A program made the translations under genes and the position numbers. From Asterias rubens (lineage: Eukaryota), in assembly GCF_902459465.1 (NCBI RefSeq), contig NC_047080.1, positions 496,001 to 560,000 of the forward strand: DNA of 64,000 nt, written 5' to 3'. How positions within the stretch are numbered: position 1 is the first letter of the stretch; every line of letters begins with the position of its first letter. The notes beneath the pieces were generated by a model. It searched no databases. It was not told the DNA's origin and saw only the letters and a list, made by a program, of their open reading frames with translations. Below are positions 60,901-64,000 of the stretch, in pieces.

Positions 60901-62940
60901 ATAAGATAAAAGTCACAACTCTTTAATAAATGTTCTTTCTCTTTCAATGTCCCTTTAAAGTTTCCCTGAAGTAGTGTTTGCTTTGTCCAGTAATTTTGTT
61001 TGACTAGGTTTCACTCTAGTCCAGACATGAATATGAGGATATTTATAGTTACTCAGCTTTTTGGATTGGGCAAATGTTTCCGACCAAATTTCATGGTTCT
61101 GCTTACCGCCAAACTCTGCGCTTACGATCACCATTCTCCACGAAAGAATGCCTAGTAACGTAGGGCACACATGCACACAAGCAAAAGTTCCTTGCTAACA
61201 CATGAAATACGCTTAATTTAAGCGCAGAATTCCCTTCTTCCGGAAGCACGGCTACTTTGTTTACGGTCAGCAGAGCCATGCATTGGCCATGATAGCAGGG
61301 GGACTCAAGCATCCCCAACGCCCCAACCAAAACACTCCACAAACACATTGAGTCCACACATCCTGGGGGAGCCCAAATCATTTTTACAGCCAGTGCAACT
61401 ATTGTAACCCCTTGGGTTATGCAACTTGGGCAAGATTCAATAAATCTGTTTAACAAACAATTATCAAAGTATTCTTCTGAATTAAGAGTTGTTGACTTCG
61501 CTTTGATAAGTTAAGCCCTTACAGTACCAAAACATCTGAAAAGAAAACTTAAAAAAAAAAAAAAATAAGCATAACAACAATAAGGCCTAGGTAGTGGAAC
61601 CCCCTTTCGAGCCCTCCTAAACAGCTCCAATATACAAGTATATTGTTTAAACAGAAGCTGTTGACTTACCCGAGGGAGGTTTTTTGTGGCAGGTCTGCTA
61701 CGCAGTCATCATATCCTCTTTGTGTGGGTGGTAAAAGTCCCCTGTGGAAATAGAACGGCAACATATATAATCATGTACCGGGTAGTAGCCTTGGCTATAA
61801 GAAACTTGTGCATTTAACTTGACCCCAGGAAGTTTTACTAGGCAAAATTTTAACATGTTTATGTAAAAAAAATTATCTTTCAGATTAAATGGTAGAGAAA
61901 ATAACCATCTTGTTGGTTAAATAAAATTACATACACTAACTCCAAAGTATATCAGACTATTTTTAAAATGTCTTCTCCACATTTGGAAATGAAAGTAGGG
62001 GGGGACATTGTTAAGTAGCCCACAGGGCAAGTTGAAAAGTGATGTTAACCAGCCCATAGTAGTTTTACACTAGACAATGTACGATATGTGATATGAGCTA
62101 AGGGCTCTTCCTACCTTGCCAGGGTTTGGGCGGAAACATTGACGCCTCGCTCTAACAATTTTTGATGCATGGTCTCCATTTCTTGCTCTTGTACACTCAG
62201 TGGTATTACCTGGGAAGATCGTAAAACAAATTAAAACTTAAAAATGTCTAGGTACAGGGCAAACTCAGCGGTCTAGAGACTGCTTTCAAATGGCATAGGT
62301 CGTTGGTTTGAATCCCACGTTTGATGTTTCTAGCAGTGGAGTCAGGACCTTTTAAAACCAACACCAGGTGCTACATAAATGGGTCTCAAAAAAAGGAAAA
62401 AAATGTCTTAAAAAACCCTAATAAGCACTCCGAGACAAAACGGAGCTCCCACAAATTACGTAACGGATGGGTCATGACATAACAGGGCTTGTTCACAAAT
62501 CCTTTTAAAAGAACCCAAGAAGGGTCTTTAAAATCTGTTCTTGTGTGAACCCAATCTCCTTATTCATCCTTAGACATTTTAAATGAATATCAGCAAAGAT
62601 AACTTGTTGCTACTGTCGTTCAAGCTGGTCGTTAAGTGTTTGCGAGGACAAATCGAGAGAGTATCAACGTCACACAAATCGAGAGAGTATCAACGTCACA
62701 CAAATCGAGAGAGTATCAACGTCACAGACTGATCAACTGATCAACAGATGAGATTAAATCCCTTTGTGGCTGGCGTTTCTACTTCATCACCCCCACTCCA
62801 CTTAACTGCCTTATCCACATTACTCAGTTTCCATGGTAACAAGCATCTACAATGACAGCTCACCGCCTTGCTTGCCCAGGAAGTTGAGTATGTTTTGATA
62901 GCTGTTTTTTTTTTTGGCAGCTTGTTTTGACAAAGATTAC
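51953..62940 (-). CDS. 3' part of an unidentified multi-exon gene with a basic C-terminal tail; the 5' part probably lies right of the window
   Basis: Phase-consistent exons with canonical sites: (62940-62864, less certain), 62209-62115, 61741-61670, 60273-60203, 55262-55200, 52074-51953. The last five splice to VIPLSVQEQEMETMHQKLLERGVNVSAQTLARGLLPPTQRGYDDCVADLPQKTSLGLLNQPEAWLGNLFRKYKLAERALGTVHTAVRPSPLLFDYQDVRLLRANDRMTLQSEMEAKRAARPPRSKKKKSTGKRKVKVKTR*. These exons are absent or out of frame in the ORF track. Confidence 0.72.
52805..53179. mobile_element. ~370-bp non-autonomous DNA transposon with TTAA TSD (Kolobok-like)
   Basis: TTAA|AGACAGTGGACACT...AGTGTCCACTTCCT|TTAA. TTAA duplication with AG...CT ends fits Kolobok better than piggyBac (CC ends). 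Degenerate relatives at about 22810-22940, 24410-24630 and 53580-53620. Confidence 0.75.
54290..54475 (-). mobile_element. tRNA-derived SINE
   Basis: The reverse complement has a head with box A/box B-like motifs (tgtcatggcctagaggttaaaagcacc ... gggttcgagtccc) and a body shared with 57887-58030. Confidence 0.6.
55856..56899. repeat. 52-bp minisatellite, 20 near-identical units, intronic in the unidentified gene
   Basis: Unit TATTGACCATTATATTTACTTGGTGTGAGCAGCACTGCAGCTGTATTTAAAC; period 52 (1040/52 = 20); I saw only four point variants. Confidence 0.97.
57039..57183. mobile_element. MITE with GGGCCGGTTTCACAAAG inverted ends
   Basis: gggccggtttcacaaag ... ctttgtgaaatcggccc. Confidence 0.65.
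57699..57782 (+). mobile_element. Degenerate RTE-clade LINE 3' fragment
   Basis: Translates as P*ANWMNNLTQWSGLSVFDLLDADRRR, similar to the W-D-I-EWTGL...DR-W tail of RTE ORF2. Confidence 0.4.
59997..60068 (+). mobile_element. tRNA-like SINE head or tRNA pseudogene
   Basis: gggctggatagctcaggtggtagagcg...gttcaaatcccgctccag has box A and box B, but the stems are broken, so it is not an intact cloverleaf. Confidence 0.55.
60647..60958. mobile_element. AT-rich TTAA-flanked element with internal GTCATAATTATGAC palindromes
   Basis: ttaagggacattaagagaaa versus tttctctttcaatgtccctttaa form inverted ends; several gtcataat/attatgac motifs lie inside. Confidence 0.5.
62648..62725. repeat. 26-bp tandem triplication
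   Basis: ACAAATCGAGAGAGTATCAACGTCAC repeated three times exactly. Confidence 0.95.
62827..62840. promoter_or_regulatory. Consensus RFX X-box
   Basis: GTTTCCATGGTAAC matches GTYNCY-AT-RGNAAC at all positions. Confidence 0.45.
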
Positions 62941-63277
62941 CTGGAGGGAAAGCATCAGGATTGCCGATATAAATTTCCCCTTAAATAATCCTCACATTGA
63001 CACAAAGACCTCTTCAAGGACTTATAATATGCAGGTAAAAACCACTTTGGGCTTTGTCTCTCGGGAATGCATTTCATAATATATCACTTTCTGGCTTCAG
63101 AGTAAAACTGGTTTGAGATGAAAAGGGATAAAAATGTGTGTCACTTTCCAGTTCTGGAGTCATCAATGAAAGGGCAAGGCCATTTTCGTTTTGCCAAGGG
63201 CACTTCAATTGGAAAAAATCTTAAAGTCTTTGGGAAACTTTTGAAGGTGTACCGAGGCCATGACCAGAGGACCACGG

Positions 63278-63353
63278 AGGTCATTGGAGGTCAACGGAGG
63301 TCATTGGAGGTCAACGGAGGTCATTGGAGGTCAACGGAGGTCATTGGAGGTCA
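63278..63353 (+). repeat. 10-bp-period array of eight AGGTCA hexamers (DR4 spacing) within a CAGGCCTG-family MITE
   Basis: AGGTCA at 63278, 63288, 63298, 63308, 63318, 63328, 63338 and 63348, with spacers alternating TTGG/ACGG. Confidence 0.95.
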
Positions 63354-64000
63354 CTGGCCTCTGTGGCTTCCATTCAGTAAGGCTTGACTTTCAAAGAGAT
63401 CTAAGTCTTACTTCAAAAAACACCAATGAAAAAATGGGTAATCAATAAGAGAAATGTAGCATTTTCAAAACCGAAGAATGTTGGTTGGTAAAAATCACAA
63501 TTTGCATGCACATTTCTATTTCAAAATGCTGAAAAACATAAAAATAGCAACAGTAAGAGTAATACGCAGTTGTTGTATAGTCCTTTATCACACTCGACGG
63601 ACATCTCAAAGCGCTGAAATGTTTTTTCTCGACAGAGTATGCAATTGCTACATTTGAATTATCGGACCAATTTATTTTATGTATACTTGAGGTGATACAG
63701 CACAATCTGCAGTAAGCCATAGATTTGTGGACAAGTCATTAAATGTTTGTCACAGTGCATGCTCACATGTAATTATACTGCTCCCACTTCTCACTACTGG
63801 CTGGTAAATGGGACTGTAGTTGCGAGAGCATAATTGCTATCACCGCGCCAAACATTTAACGACTTGTCCATAAGTCTACAGCCATCCTTGCCAGCAACAT
63901 TATGGTACATCGTTTTCCGTTAATGATAAGTGCATCACACAAAAGACTTGTGCCTTTTACTCTGAATGAGTTTAAAGAAACTAAAAATAATAAAACAAAA

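Overview
Eukaryotic, intron-rich, AT-rich genomic DNA from an invertebrate animal; gene content and repeat families resemble sea star (echinoderm) genomes as I recall them, which is an inference. I assembled gene models by hand from GT-AG junctions with consistent phases. Left to right: the first two coding exons of NPDC1 (minus, runs off the left edge); an intronless 436-aa coiled-coil orphan (plus); a secreted signal peptide-PAN/apple-Thr-rich-fibrinogen-domain protein (minus); complete TYSND1 ending in SKL (minus), head-to-head with complete FBXL6 (plus); complete CFAP77 (minus), tail-to-tail with FBXL6; an intronless adenosine-receptor-like class A GPCR (minus); and the last 5-6 exons of an unidentified gene (minus, probably runs off the right edge). 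Introns and intergenic DNA carry many MITEs, SINEs and LINE scraps plus three minisatellites (33, 32 and 52 bp). There is no CRISPR array or prokaryotic system, and I found no unambiguous new biological system. The best leads are a 37-unit 33-bp array that repeats the FBXL6 stop codon in frame, an 860-bp foldback element with a 9-bp target-site duplication in CFAP77 intron 1, a perfect DR4 (AGGTCA-n4) octamer inside a MITE, and two unassigned proteins.
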